From the NCBI GenBank assembly GCA_046563655.1, contig JAJCTO010000009.1, forward strand, positions 62,001 through 126,000: a DNA stretch of 64,000 bases. The letters are read 5' to 3'. This document shows, piece after piece, positions 26,701 through 41,700 of this stretch. The position numbers and the translations under genes were made by a program. The DNA is from Yuukianura sp. NJ FZ-2021 (Eukaryota). Position 1 is the first letter of the stretch. Each line of letters begins with the position of its first letter. The notes under the pieces were generated by a model that saw nothing but the letters and a program-made list of their open reading frames with translations, made no database searches and was not told where the DNA came from.

Positions 26701-29700
26701 ATTTTCCAAAAATTTTATCCAAAAATGGCCAAAAATGCTGAATGTTCAATTTTGATTTAGAAAATGTAATAGTCGGTTTTTCCCTGAAGTTCGATTGAAG
26801 TGTGAGTTGTCATGATTCATGGTGTCAAAATGAGAACTCATCGTTTGCATCTAAAGTGAAGGCATGCTTGACACTTTACCGGCACTTCTAGTTTAAGCTC
26901 AAGGATGGAGGCTGACAACATGTTTTTCAACGTGTGATTTAGTCAGTTATGCACTACGACGAAGTGGACCGTTATTTGATGAATACCAAGAATTTTTGGT
27001 ATAAGCGGTAAAAAGGCATAAGTTCCATTTTTCACAACGTTTAACACCTTGTTGTATAGTTTCAACCCTAAGCTTAACCTAAATCGTAGTTAGACTTTTG
27101 CACTTGTGGTATGGTGGAGCTGGGCTAAAATACAATTTCGGACTATTGTTGGGCAGAAGTTTTCGGACATGATCTATTTAATGTGCAAGTTGGTAAGCAA
27201 TATAAAAAAGTATTTTCCAAAAATTGTATCCAGAAATGGCCAAAAATGCTGAATGTTCATTTTTGATTTAGAAAATGTAAGGGTCGGTTTTCCCCAGAAG
27301 TTCCATCGACGTGAGAGTTATCATGATTTATGATGTCAAAGTGAAAACTCATGGGTTGCATCTGAAATGAAGGCATGCTTGACACTTCACCGGCACTTCT
27401 AGTTTGAGCTCAAGGATGGACGCTGACAACATGTTTTTCAACGTGTGATTTAGTCAGTTATGCAGTACGACGAAGTGGACCGTTATTTGATGAATACCAA
27501 GAATTTTGGTATGAGCGGTAACAAGGCATAAATTCCATTTTTCAGAACGTTTGCCACATTGTTGTATAGTTTCAACCCTAAGTTAAACCTAAATCGTAGT
27601 TAGACTTATGCACATGTGGTATGGTGGAGCTGTGCTAAAATACAATTTCGGACTATTGTTAGGCAGAAGTTTTCAGACATGATCTATTTAATGTGCAAGT
27701 CGGTAGAAAATATTAAAAAGTATTTTCCAAAAATTTTATCCAAAAATGGCCAAAAATGCTGAATGTTCAATTTTGATTTAGAAAATGTAATAGTCGGTTT
27801 TTCCCTGAAGTTCGATTGAAGTGTGAGTTGTCATGATTCATGGTGTCAAAATGAGAACTCATCGTTTGCATCTAAAGTGAAGGCATGCTTGACACTTTAC
27901 CGGCACTTCTAGTTTAAGCTCAAGGATGGACGCTGACAAAATGTTTTTCAACGTGTGATTTAGTCAGTTATGCATTACGACGAAGTGGACCGTTATTTGA
28001 TGAATACCAAGAATTTTGGTATGAGCGGTAACAAGGCATAAATTCCATTTTTCACAACGTTTGACACCTTGTTGTATAGTTTCAACCCTAAGTTAAACCT
28101 AAATCGTAGTTAGACTTATGCACATGTGGTATGGTGGAGCTGTGCTAAAATACAATTTCGGACTATTGTTGGGCAGAAGTTTTCAGACATGATCTATTTA
28201 ATGTGCAAGTCGGTAGAAAATATTAAAAAGTATTTTCCAAAAATTTTATCCAAAAATGGCCAAAAATGCTGAATGTTCAATTTTGATTTAGAAAATGTAA
28301 TAGTCGGTTTTTCCCTGAAGTTCGATTGAAGTGTGAGTTGTCATGATTCATGGTGTCAAAATGAGAACTCATCGTTTGCATCTAAAGTGAAGGCATGCTT
28401 GACACTTTACCGGCACTTCTAGTTTAAGCTCAAGGATGGACGCTGACAACATGTTTTTCAACGTGTGATTTAGTCAGTTATGCATTACGACGAAGTGGAC
28501 CGTTATTTGATGAATACCAAGAATTTTGGTATGAGCGGTAACAAGGCATAAATTCCATTTTTCACAACGTTTGACACCTTGTTGTATAGTTTCAACCCTA
28601 AGTTAAACCTAAATCGTAGTTAGACTTATGCACATGTGGTATGGTGGAGCTGTGCTAAAATACAATTTCGGACTATTGTTGGGCAGAAGTTTTCAGACAT
28701 GATCTATTTAATGTGCAAGTCGGTAGAAAATATTAAAAAGTATTTTCCAAAAATTTTATCCAAAAATGGCCAAAAATGCTGAATGTTCAATTTTGATTTA
28801 GAAAATGTAATAGTCGGTTTTTCCCTGAAGTTTGATTGAAGTGTGAGTTGTCATGATTCATGGTGTCAAAATGAGAACTCATCGTTTGCATCTAAAGTGA
28901 AGGCATGCTTGACACTTTACCGGCACTTCTAGTTTAAGCTCAAGGATGGAGGCTGACAACATGTTTTTCAACGTGTGATTTAGTCAGTTATGCACTACGA
29001 CGAAGTGGACCGTTATTTGATGAATACCAAGAATTTTTGTATAAGCGGTAAAAAGGCATAAGTTCCATTTTTCACAACGTTTAACACCTTGTTGTATAGT
29101 TTCAACCCTAAGCTTAACCTAAATCGTAGTTAGACTTTTGCACTTGTGGTATGGTGGAGCTGGGCTAAAATACAATTTCGGACTATTGTTGGGCAGAAGT
29201 TTTCGGACATGATCTATTTAATGTGCAAGTTGGTAAGCAATATAAAAAAGTATTTTCCAAAAATTGTATCCAGAAATGGCCAAAAATGCTGAATGTTCAT
29301 TTTTGATTTAGAAAATGTAAGGGTCGGTTTTCCCCAGAAGTTCCATCGACGTGAGAGTTATCATGATTTATGATGTCAAAGTGAAAACTCATGGGTTGCA
29401 TCTGAAATGAAGGCATGCTTGACACTTCACCGGCACTTCTAGTTTGAGCTCAAGGATGGACGCTGACAACATGTTTTTCAACGTGTGATTTAGTCAGTTA
29501 TGCAGTACGACGAAGTGGACCGTTATTTGATGAATACCAAGAATTTTGGTATGAGCGGTAACAAGGCATAAATTCCATTTTTCAGAACGTTTGCCACATT
29601 GTTGTATAGTTTCAACCCTAAGTTAAACCTAAATCGTAGTTAGACTTATGCACATGTGGTATGGTGGAGCTGTGCTAAAATACAATTTCGGACTATTGTT

Positions 29701-32700
29701 AGGCAGAAGTTTTCAGACATGATCTATTTAATGTGCAAGTCGGTAGAAAATATTAAAAAGTATTTTCCAAAAATTTTATCCAAAAATGGCCAAAAATGCT
29801 GAATGTTCAATTTTGATTTAGAAAATGTAATAGTCGGTTTTTCCCTGAAGTTCGATTGAAGTGTGAGTTGTCATGATTCATGGTGTCAAAATGAGAACTC
29901 ATCGTTTGCATCTAAAGTGAAGGCATGCTTGACACTTTACCGGCACTTCTAGTTTAAGCTCAAGGATGGACGCTGACAAAATGTTTTTCAACGTGTGATT
30001 TAGTCAGTTATGCATTACGACGAAGTGGACCGTTATTTGATGAATACCAAGAATTTTGGTATGAGCGGTAACAAGGCATAAATTCCATTTTTCACAACGT
30101 TTGACACCTTGTTGTATAGTTTCAACCCTAAGTTAAACCTAAATCGTAGTTAGACTTATGCACATGTGGTATGGTGGAGCTGTGCTAAAATACAATTTCG
30201 GACTATTGTTGGGCAGAAGTTTTCAGACATGATCTATTTAATGTGCAAGTCGGTAGAAAATATTAAAAAGTATTTTCCAAAAATTTTATCCAAAAATGGC
30301 CAAAAATGCTGAATGTTCAATTTTGATTTAGAAAATGTAATAGTCGGTTTTTCCCTGAAGTTCGATTGAAGTGTGAGTTGTCATGATTCATGGTGTCAAA
30401 ATGAGAACTCATCGTTTGCATCTAAAGTGAAGGCATGCTTGACACTTTACCGGCACTTCTAGTTTAAGCTCAAGGATGGACGCTGACAAAATGTTTTTCA
30501 ACGTGTGATTTAGTCAGTTATGCATTACGACGAAGTGGACCGTTATTTGATGAATACCAAGAATTTTGGTATGAGCGGTAACAAGGCATAAATTCCATTT
30601 TTCACAACGTTTGACACCTTGTTGTATAGTTTCAACCCTAAGTTAAACCTAAATCGTAGTTAGACTTATGCACATGTGGTATGGTGGAGCTGTGCTAAAA
30701 TACAATTTCGGACTATTGTTGGGCAGAAGTTTTCAGACATGATCTATTTAATGTGCAAGTCGGTAGAAAATATTAAAAAGTATTTTCCAAAAATTTTATC
30801 CAAAAATGGCCAAAAATGCTGAATGTTCAATTTTGATTTAGAAAATGTAATAGTCGGTTTTTCCCTGAAGTTTGATTGAAGTGTGAGTTGTCATGATTCA
30901 TGGTGTCAAAATGAGAACTCATCGTTTGCATCTAAAGTGAAGGCATGCTTGACACTTTACCGGCACTTCTAGTTTAAGCTCAAGGATGGAGGCTGACAAC
31001 ATGTTTTTCAACGTGTGATTTAGTCAGTTATGCACTACGACGAAGTGGACCGTTATTTGATGAATACCAAGAATTTTTGTATAAGCGGTAAAAAGGCATA
31101 AGTTCCATTTTTCACAACGTTTAACACCTTGTTGTATAGTTTCAACCCAAAGTTTAAACCTAAATCGTAGTTAGACTTTTGCACTTGTGGTATGGTGGAG
31201 CTGGGCTAAAATACAATTTCGGACTATTGTTGGGCAGAAGTTTTCAGACATGATCTATTTAATGTGCAAGTTGGTAGGCAATATAAAAAAGTATTTTCCA
31301 AAAATTGTATCCAGAAATGGCCAAAAATGCTGAATGTTCATTTTTGATTTAGAAAATGTAAGGGTCGGTTTTTCCCAGAAGTTCCATCGACGTGTGAGTT
31401 ATCATGATTTATGATGTCAAAGTGAAAACTCATGGGTTGCATCTGAAATGAAGGCATGCTTGACACTTCACCGGCACTTCTAGTTTGAGCTCAAGGATGG
31501 ACGCTGACAACATGTTTTTCAACGTGTGATTTAGTCAGTTATGCATTACGACGAAGTGGACCGTTATTTGATGAATACCAAGAATTTTGGTATGAGCGGT
31601 AACAAGGCATAAGTTCCATTTTTCACAACGTTTAACACCTTGTTGTATAGTTTCAACCCTAAGTTAAACCTAAATCGTAGTTAGACTTATGCACTTGTGG
31701 TATGGTGGAGCTGGGCTAAAATACAATTTCGGACTATTGTTGGGCAGAAGTTTTCAGACATGATCTATTTAATGTGCAAGTTGGTAGGCAATATAAAAAA
31801 GTATTTTCCAAAAATTGTATCCAGAAATGGCCAAAAATGCTGAATGTTCATTTTTGATTTAGAAAATGTAAGGGTCGGTTTTTCCCAGAAGTTCCATCGA
31901 CGTGTGAGTTATCATGATTTATGATGTCAAAGTGAAAACTCATGGGTTGCATCTGAAATGAAGGCATGCTTGACACTTCACCGGCACTTCTAGTTTGAGC
32001 TCAAGGATGGACGCTGACAACATGTTTTTCAACGTGTGATTTAGTCAGTTATGCAGTACGACGAAGTGGACCGTTATTTGATGAATACCAAGAATTTTGG
32101 TATGAGCGGTAACAAGGCATAAATTCCATTTTTCACAACGTTTGACACCTTGTTGTATAGTTTCAACCCTAAGTTAAACCTAAATCGTAGTTAGACTTAT
32201 GCACATGTGGTATGGTGGAGCTGTGCTAAAATACAATTTCGGACTATTGTTGGGCAGAAGTTTTCAGACATGATCTATTTAATGTGCAAGTCGGTAGAAA
32301 ATATTAAAAAGTATTTTCCAAAAATTTTATCCAAAAATGGCCAAAAATGCTGAATGTTCAATTTTGATTTAGAAAATGTAATAGTCGGTTTTTCCCTGAA
32401 GTTCGATTGAAGTGTGAGTTGTCATGATTCATGGTGTCAAAATGAGAACTCATCGTTTGCATCTAAAGTGAAGGCATGCTTGACACTTTACCGGCACTTC
32501 TAGTTTAAGCTCAAGGATGGACGCTGACAAAATGTTTTTCAACGTGTGATTTAGTCAGTTATGCATTACGACGAAGTGGACCGTTATTTGATGAATACCA
32601 AGAATTTTGGTATGAGCGGTAACAAGGCATAAATTCCATTTTTCACAACGTTTGACACCTTGTTGTATAGTTTCAACCCTAAGTTAAACCTAAATCGTAG

Positions 32701-35700
32701 TTAGACTTATGCACATGTGGTATGGTGGAGCTGTGCTAAAATACAATTTCGGACTATTGTTGGGCAGAAGTTTTCAGACATGATCTATTTAATGTGCAAG
32801 TCGGTAGAAAATATTAAAAAGTATTTTCCAAAAATTTTATCCAAAAATGGCCAAAAATGCTGAATGTTCAATTTTGATTTAGAAAATGTAATAGTCGGTT
32901 TTTCCCTGAAGTTCGATTGAAGTGTGAGTTGTCATGATTCATGGTGTCAAAATGAGAACTCATCGTTTGCATCTAAAGTGAAGGCATGCTTGACACTTTA
33001 CCGGCACTTCTAGTTTAAGCTCAAGGATGGAGGCTGACAACATGTTTTTCAACGTGTGATTTAGTCAGTTATGCACTACGACGAAGTGGACCGTTATTTG
33101 ACGAATACCAAGAATTTTTGTATAAGCGGTAAAAAGGCATAAGTTCCATTTTTCACAACGTTTAACACCTTGTTGTATAGTTTCAACCCAAAGTTTAAAC
33201 CTAAATCGTAGTTAGACTTTTGCACTTGTGGTATGGTGGAGCTGGGCTAAAATACAATTTCGGACTATTGTTGGGCAGAAGTTTTCAGACATGATCTATT
33301 TAATGTGCAAGTTGGTAGGCAATATAAAAAAGTATTTTCCAAAAATTGTATCCAGAAATGGCCAAAAATGCTGAATGTTCAATTTTGATTTAGAAAATGT
33401 AAGGGTCGGTTTTTCCCAGAAGTTCCATCGACGTGTGAGTTATCATGATTTATGATGTCAAAGTGAAAACTCATGGGTTGCATCTGAAATGAAGGCATGC
33501 TTGACACTTCACCGGCACTTCTAGTTTGAGCTCAAGGATGGACGCTGACAACATGTTTTTCAACGTGTGATTTAGTCAGTTATGCATTACGACGAAGTGG
33601 ACCGTTATTTGATGAATACCAAGAATTTTGGTATGAGCGGTAACAAGGCATAAGTTCCATTTTTCACAACGTTTAACACCTTGTTGTATAGTTTCAACCC
33701 TAAGTTAAACCTAAATCGTAGTTAGACTTATGCACTTGTGGTATGGTGGAGCTGGGCTAAAATACAATTTCGGACTATTGTTGGGCAGAAGTTTTCAGAC
33801 ATGATCTATTTAATGTGCAAGTTGGTAGGCAATATAAAAAAGTATTTTCCAAAAATTGTATCCAGAAATGGCCAAAAATGCTGAATGTTCATTTTTGATT
33901 TAGAAAATGTAAGGGTCGGTTTTTCCCAGAAGTTCCATCGACGTGTGAGTTATCATGATTTATGATGTCAAAGTGAAAACTCATGGGTTGCATCTGAAAT
34001 GAAGGCATGCTTGACACTTCACCGGCACTTCTAGTTTGAGCTCAAGGATGGACGCTGACAACATGTTTTTCAACGTGTGATTTAGTCAGTTATGCAGTAC
34101 GACGAAGTGGACCGTTATTTGATGAATACCAAGAATTTTGGTATGAGCGGTAACAAGGCATAAATTCCATTTTTCACAACGTTTGACACCTTGTTGTATA
34201 GTTTCAACCCTAAGTTAAACCTAAATCGTAGTTAGACTTATGCACATGTGGTATGGTGGAGCTGTGCTAAAATACAATTTCGGACTATTGTTGGGCAGAA
34301 GTTTTCAGACATGATCTATTTAATGTGCAAGTCGGTAGAAAATATTAAAAAGTATTTTCCAAAAATTTTATCCAAAAATGGCCAAAAATGCTGAATGTTC
34401 AATTTTGATTTAGAAAATGTAATAGTCGGTTTTTCCCTGAAGTTCGATTGAAGTGTGAGTTGTCATGATTCATGGTGTCAAAATGAGAACTCATCGTTTG
34501 CATCTAAAGTGAAGGCATGCTTGACACTTTACCGGCACTTCTAGTTTAAGCTCAAGGATGGACGCTGACAAAATGTTTTTCAACGTGTGATTTAGTCAGT
34601 TATGCATTACGACGAAGTGGACCGTTATTTGATGAATACCAAGAATTTTGGTATGAGCGGTAACAAGGCATAAATTCCATTTTTCACAACGTTTGACACC
34701 TTGTTGTATAGTTTCAACCCTAAGTTAAACCTAAATCGTAGTTAGACTTATGCACATGTGGTATGGTGGAGCTGTGCTAAAATACAATTTCGGACTATTG
34801 TTGGGCAGAAGTTTTCAGACATGATCTATTTAATGTGCAAGTCGGTAGAAAATATTAAAAAGTATTTTCCAAAAATTTTATCCAAAAATGGCCAAAAATG
34901 CTGAATGTTCAATTTTGATTTAGAAAATGTAATAGTCGGTTTTTCCCTGAAGTTCGATTGAAGTGTGAGTTGTCATGATTCATGGTGTCAAAATGAGAAC
35001 TCATCGTTTGCATCTAAAGTGAAGGCATGCTTGACACTTTACCGGCACTTCTAGTTTAAGCTCAAGGATGGACGCTGACAAAATGTTTTTCAACGTGTGA
35101 TTTAGTCAGTTATGCATTACGACGAAGTGGACCGTTATTTGATGAATACCAAGAATTTTGGTATGAGCGGTAACAAGGCATAAATTCCATTTTTCACAAC
35201 GTTTGACACCTTGTTGTATAGTTTCAACCCTAAGTTAAACCTAAATCGTAGTTAGACTTATGCACATGTGGTATGGTGGAGCTGTGCTAAAATACAATTT
35301 CGGACTATTGTTGGGCAGAAGTTTTCAGACATGATCTATTTAATGTGCAAGTCGGTAGAAAATATTAAAAAGTATTTTCCAAAAATTTTATCCAAAAATG
35401 GCCAAAAATGCTGAATGCTCAATTTTGATTTAGAAAATGTAATAGTCGGTTTTTCCCTGAAGTTTGATTGAAGTGTGAGTTGTCATGATTCATGGTGTCA
35501 AAATGAGAACTCATCGTTTGCATCTAAAGTGAAGGCATGCTTGACACTTTACCGGCACTTCTAGTTTAAGCTCAAGGATGGAGGCTGACAACATGTTTTT
35601 CAACGTGTGATTTAGTCAGTTATGCACTACGACGAAGTGGACCGTTATTTGACGAATACCAAGAATTTTTGTATAAGCGGTAAAAAGGCATAAGTTCCAT

Positions 35701-38700
35701 TTTTCACAACGTTTAACACCTTGTTGTATAGTTTCAACCCAAAGTTTAACCTAAATCGTAGTTAGACTTTTGCACTTGTGGTATGGTGGAGCTGGGCTAA
35801 AATACAATTTCGGACTATTGTTGGGCAGAAGTTTTCAGACATGATCTATTTAATGTGCAAGTTGGTAGGCAATATAAAAAAGTATTTTCCAAAAATTGTA
35901 TCCAGAAATGGCCAAAAATGCTGAATGTTCATTTTTGATTTAGAAAATGTAAGGGTCGGTTTTTCCCAGAAGTTCCATCGACGTGTGAGTTATCATGATT
36001 TATGATGTCAAAGTGAAAACTCATGGGTTGCATCTGAAATGAAGGCATGCTTGACACTTCACCGGCACTTCTAGTTTGAGCTCAAGGATGGACGCTGACA
36101 ACATGTTTTTCAACGTGTGATTTAGTCAGTTATGCAGTACGACGAAGTGGACCGTTATTTGATGAATACCAAGAATTTTGGTATGAGCGGTAACAAGGCA
36201 TAAATTTCATTTTTCAGAACGTTTGACACCTTGTTGTATAGTTTCAACCCTAAGTTAAACCTAAATCGTAGTTAGACTTATGCACATGTGGTATGGTGGA
36301 GCTGTGCTAAAATACAATTTCGGACTATTGTTAGGCAGAAGTTTTCAGACATGATCTATTTAATGTGCAAGTTGGTAAGCAATATAAAAAAGTATTTTCC
36401 AAAAATTGTATCCAGAAATGGCCAAAAATGCTGAATGCTCAATTTTGATTTAGAAAATGTAATAGTCGGTTTTTCCCGGAAGTTCGATTGAAGTGTGAGT
36501 TGTCATGATTCATGGTGTCAAAATGAGAACTCATCGTTTGCATCTAAAGTGAAGGCATGCTTGACACTTCACCGGCACTTCTAGTTTGAGCTCAAGGATG
36601 GACGCTGACAACATGTTTTTCAACGTGTGATTTAGTCAGTTATGCAGTACGACGAAGTGGACCGTTATTTGATGAATACCAAGAATTTTGGTATGAGCGG
36701 TAACAAGGCATAAATTTCATTTTTCAGAACGTTTGACACCTTGTTGTATAGTTTCAACCCTAAGTTTAACCTAAATCGTAGTTAGACTTATGCACATGTG
36801 GTATGGTGGAGCTGGGCTAAAATACAATTTCGGACTATTGTTGGGCAGAAGTTTTCAGACATGATCTATTTGATGTGCAAGTCGGTAGAAAATATTAAAA
36901 AGTATTTTCCAAAAATTTTATCCAAAAATGGCCAAAAATGCTGAATGTTCAATTTTGATTTAGAAAATGTAATAGTCGGTTTTTCCCTGAAGTTCGATTG
37001 AAGTGTGAGTTGTCATGATTCATGGTGTCAAAATGAGAACTCATCGTTTGCATCTAAAGTGAAGGCATGCTTGACACTTTACCGGCACTTCTAGTTTAAG
37101 CTCAAGGATGGACGCTGACAAAATGTTTTTCAACGTGTGATTTAGTCAGTTATGCATTACGACGAAGTGGACCGTTATTTGATGAATACCAAGAATTTTG
37201 GTATGAGCGGTAACAAGGCATAAATTCCATTTTTCACAACGTTTGACACCTTGTTGTATAGTTTCAACCCTAAGTTAAACCTAAATCGTAGTTAGACTTT
37301 TGCACTTGTGGTATGGTGGAGCTGGGCTAAAATACAATTTCGGACTATTGTTGGGCAGAAGTTTTCAGACATGATCTATTTAATGTGCAAGTTGGTAGGC
37401 AATATAAAAAAGTATTTTCCAAAAATTGTATCCAGAAATGGCCAAAAATGCTGAATGTTCATTTTTGATTTAGAAAATGTAAGGGTCGGTTTTTCCCAGA
37501 AGTTCCATCGACGTGTGAGTTATCATGATTTATGATGTCAAAGTGAAAACTCATGGGTTGCATCTGAAATGAAGGCATGCTTGACACTTCACCGGCACTT
37601 CTAGTTTGAGCTCAAGGATGGACGCTGACAACATGTTTTTCAACGTGTGATTTAGTCAGTTATGCAGTACGACGAAGTGGACCGTTATTTGATGAATACC
37701 AAGAATTTTGGTATGAGCGGTAACAAGGCATAAATTCCATTTTTCAGAACGTTTGACACCTTGTTGTATAGTTTCAACCCTAAGTTAAACCTAAATCGTA
37801 GTTAGACTTATGCACATGTGGTATGGTGGAGCTGTGCTAAAATACAATTTCGGACTATTGTTAGGCAGAAGTTTTCAGACATGATCTATTTAATGTGCAA
37901 GTCGGTAGAAAATATTAAAAAGTATTTTCCAAAAATTTTATCCGAAAATGGCCAAAAATGCTGAATGTTCAATTTTGATTTAGAAAATGTAATAGTCGGT
38001 TTTTCCCTGAAGTTCGATTGAAGTGTGAGTTGTCATGATTCATGGTGTCAAAATGAGAACTCATCGTTTGCATCTAAAGTGAAGGCATGCTTGACACTTT
38101 ACCGGCACTTCTAGTTTAAGCTCAAGGATGGACGCTGACAAAATGTTTTTCAACGTGTGATTTAGTCAGTTATGCATTACGACGAAGTGGACCGTTATTT
38201 GATGAATACCAAGAATTTTGGTATGAGCGGTAACAAGGCATAAATTCCATTTTTCACAACGTTTGACACCTTGTTGTATAGTTTCAACCCTAAGTTAAAC
38301 CTAAATCGTAGTTAGACTTATGCACATGTGGTATGGTGGAGCTGTGCTAAAATACAATTTCGGACTATTGTTGGGCAGAAGTTTTCAGACATGATCTATT
38401 TAATGTGCAAGTCGGTAGAAAATATTAAAAAGTATTTTCCAAAAATTTTATCCAAAAATGGCCAAAAATGCTGAATGCTCAATTTTGATTTAGAAAATGT
38501 AATAGTCGGTTTTTCCCTGAAGTTCGATTGAAGTGTGAGTTGTCATGATTCATGGTGTCAAAATGAGAACTCATCGTTTGCATCTAAAGTGAAGGCATGC
38601 TTGACACTTTACCGGCACTTCTAGTTTAAGCTCAAGGATGGAGGCTGATAACATGTTTTTCAACGTGTGATTTAGTCAGTTATGCACTACGACGAAGTGG

Positions 38701-41700
38701 ACCGTTATTTGACGAATACCAAGAATTTTTGTATAAGCGGTAAAAAGGCATAAGTTCCATTTTTCACAACGTTTAACACCTTGTTGTATAGTTTCAACCC
38801 AAAGTTTAACCTAAATCGTAGTTAGACTTTTGCACTTGTGGTATGGTGGAGCTGGGCTAAAATACAATTTCGGACTATTGTTGGGCAGAAGTTTTCAGAC
38901 ATGATTTATTTAATGTGCAAGTTGGTAGGCAATATAAAAAAGTATTTTCCAAAAATTGTATCCAGAAATGGCCAAAAATGCTGAATGCTCAATTTTGATT
39001 TAGAAAATGTAATAGTCGGTTTTTCCCTGAAGTTCGATTGAAGTGTGAGTTGTCATGATTCATGGTGTCAAAATGAGAACTCATCGTTTGCATCTAAAGT
39101 GAAGGCATGCTTGACACTTTACCGGCACTTCTAGTTTAAGCTCAAGGATGGAGGCTGACAACATGTTTTTCAACGTGTGATTTAGTCAGTTATGCACTAC
39201 GACGAAGTGGACCGTTATTTGACGAATACCAAGAATTGTTGTATAAGCGGTAAAAAGGCATAAGTTCCATTTTTCACAACGTTTAACACCTTGTTGTATA
39301 GTTTCAACCCTAAGTTTAACCTAAATCGTAGTTAGACTTTTGCACTTGTGGTATGGTGGAGCTGGGCTAAAATACAATTTCGGACTATTGTTGGGCAGAA
39401 GTTTTCAGACATGATTTATTTAATGTGCAAGTTGGTAGGCAATATAAAAAAGTATTTTCCAAAAATTGTATCCAGAAATGGCCAAAAATGCTGAATGTTC
39501 ATTTTTGATTTAGAAAATGTAAGGGTCGGTTTTTCCCAGAAGTTCCATCGACGTGTGAGTTATCATGATTTATGATGTCAAAGTGAAAACTCATGGGTTG
39601 CACCTGAAATGAAGGCATGCTTGACACTTCACCGGCACTTCTAGTTTGAGCTCAAGGATGGACGCTGACAACATGTTTTTCAACGTGTGATTTAATCAGT
39701 TATGCAGTACGACGAAGTGGACCGTTATTTGATGAATACCAAGAATTTTGGTATGAGCGGTAACAAAGCATAAATTTCATTTTTCAGAACGTTTGACACC
39801 TTGTTGTATAGTTTCAACCCTAAGTTAAACCTAAATCGTAGTTAGACTTATGCACATGTGGTATGGTGGAGCTGTGCTAAAATACAATTCCGGACTATTG
39901 TTGGGCAGAAGTTTTCAGACATGATCTATTTAATGTGCAAGTCGGTAGAAAATATTAAAAAGTATTTTCCAAAAATTTTATCCAAAAATGGCCAAAAATG
40001 CTGAATGTTCAATTTTGATTTAGAAAATGTAATAGTCGGTTTTTCCCTGAAGTTCGATTGAAGTGTGAGTTGTCATGATTCATGGTGTCAAAATGAGAAC
40101 TCATCGTTTGCATCTAAAGTGAAGGCATGCTTGACACTTTACCGGCACTTCTAGTTTAAGCTCAAGGATGGACGCTGACAACATGTTTTTCAACGTGTGA
40201 TTTAGTCAGTTATGCACTACGACGAAGTGGACCGTTATTTGATGAATACCAAGAATTTTTGTATAAGCGGTAAAAAGGCATAAGTTCCATTTTTCACAAC
40301 GTTTAACACCTTGTTGTATAGTTTCAACCCTAAGTTTAACCTAAATCGTAGTTAGACTTTTGCACTTGTGGTATGGTGGAGCTGGGCTAAAATACAATTT
40401 CGGACTATTGTTGGGCAGAAGTTTTCAGACATGATCTATTTAATGTGCAAGTTGGTAGGCAATATAAAAAAGTATTTTCCAAAAATTGTATCCAGAAATG
40501 GCCAAAAATGCTGAATGTTCATTTTTGTTTTAGAAAATGTAAGGGTCGGTTTTTCCCAGAAGTTCCATCGACGTGTGAGTTATCATGATTTATGATGTCA
40601 AAGTGAAAACTCATGGGTTGCATCTGAAATGAAGGCATGCTTGACACTTCACCGGCACTTCTAGTTTGAGCTCAAGGATGGACGCTGACAACATGTTTTT
40701 CAACGTGTGATTTAGTCAGTTATGCATTACGACGAAGTGGACCGTTATTTGATGAATACCAAGAATTTTTGTATAAGCGGTAAAAAGGCATAAGTTCCAT
40801 TTTTCACAACGTTTAACACCTTGTTGTATAGTTTCAACCCTAAGTTTAACCTAAATCGTAGTTAGACTTTTGCACTTGTGGTATGGTGGAGCTGGGCTAA
40901 AATACAATTTCGGACTATTGTTGGGCAGAAGTTTTCAGACATGATCTATTTAATGTGCAAGTTGGTAGGCAATATAAAAAAGTATTTTCCAAAAATTGTA
41001 TCCAGAAATGGCCAAAAATGCTGAATGTTCATTTTTGATTTAGAAAATGTAAGGGTCGGTTTTTCCCAGAAGTTCCATCGACGTGTGAGTTATCATGATT
41101 TATGATGTCAAAGTGAAAACTCATGGGTTGCATCTGAAATGAAGGCATGCTTGACACTTCACCGGCACTTCTAGTTTGAGCTCAAGGATGGACGCTGACA
41201 ACATGTTTTTCAACGTGTGATTTAGTCAGTTATGCATTACGACGAAGTGGACCGTTATTTGATGAATACCAAGAATTTTGGTATGAGCGGTAACAAGGCA
41301 TAAGTTCCATTTTTCACAACGTTTAACACCTTGTTGTATAGTTTCAACCCTAAGTTAAACCTAAATCGTAGTTAGACTTATGCACTTGTGGTATGGTGGA
41401 GCTGGGCTAAAATACAATTTCGGACTATTGTTGGGCAGAAGTTTTCAGACATGATCTATTTAATGTGCAAGTTGGTAGGCAATATAAAAAAGTATTTTCC
41501 AAAAATTGTATCCAGAAATGGCCAAAAATGCTGAATGTTCATTTTTGATTTAGAAAATGTAAGGGTCGGTTTTTCCCAGAAGTTCCATCGACGTGTGAGT
41601 TATCATGATTTATGATGTCAAAGTGAAAACTCATGGGTTGCACCTGAAATGAAGGCATGCTTGACACTTCACCGGCACTTCTAGTTTGAGCTCAAGGATG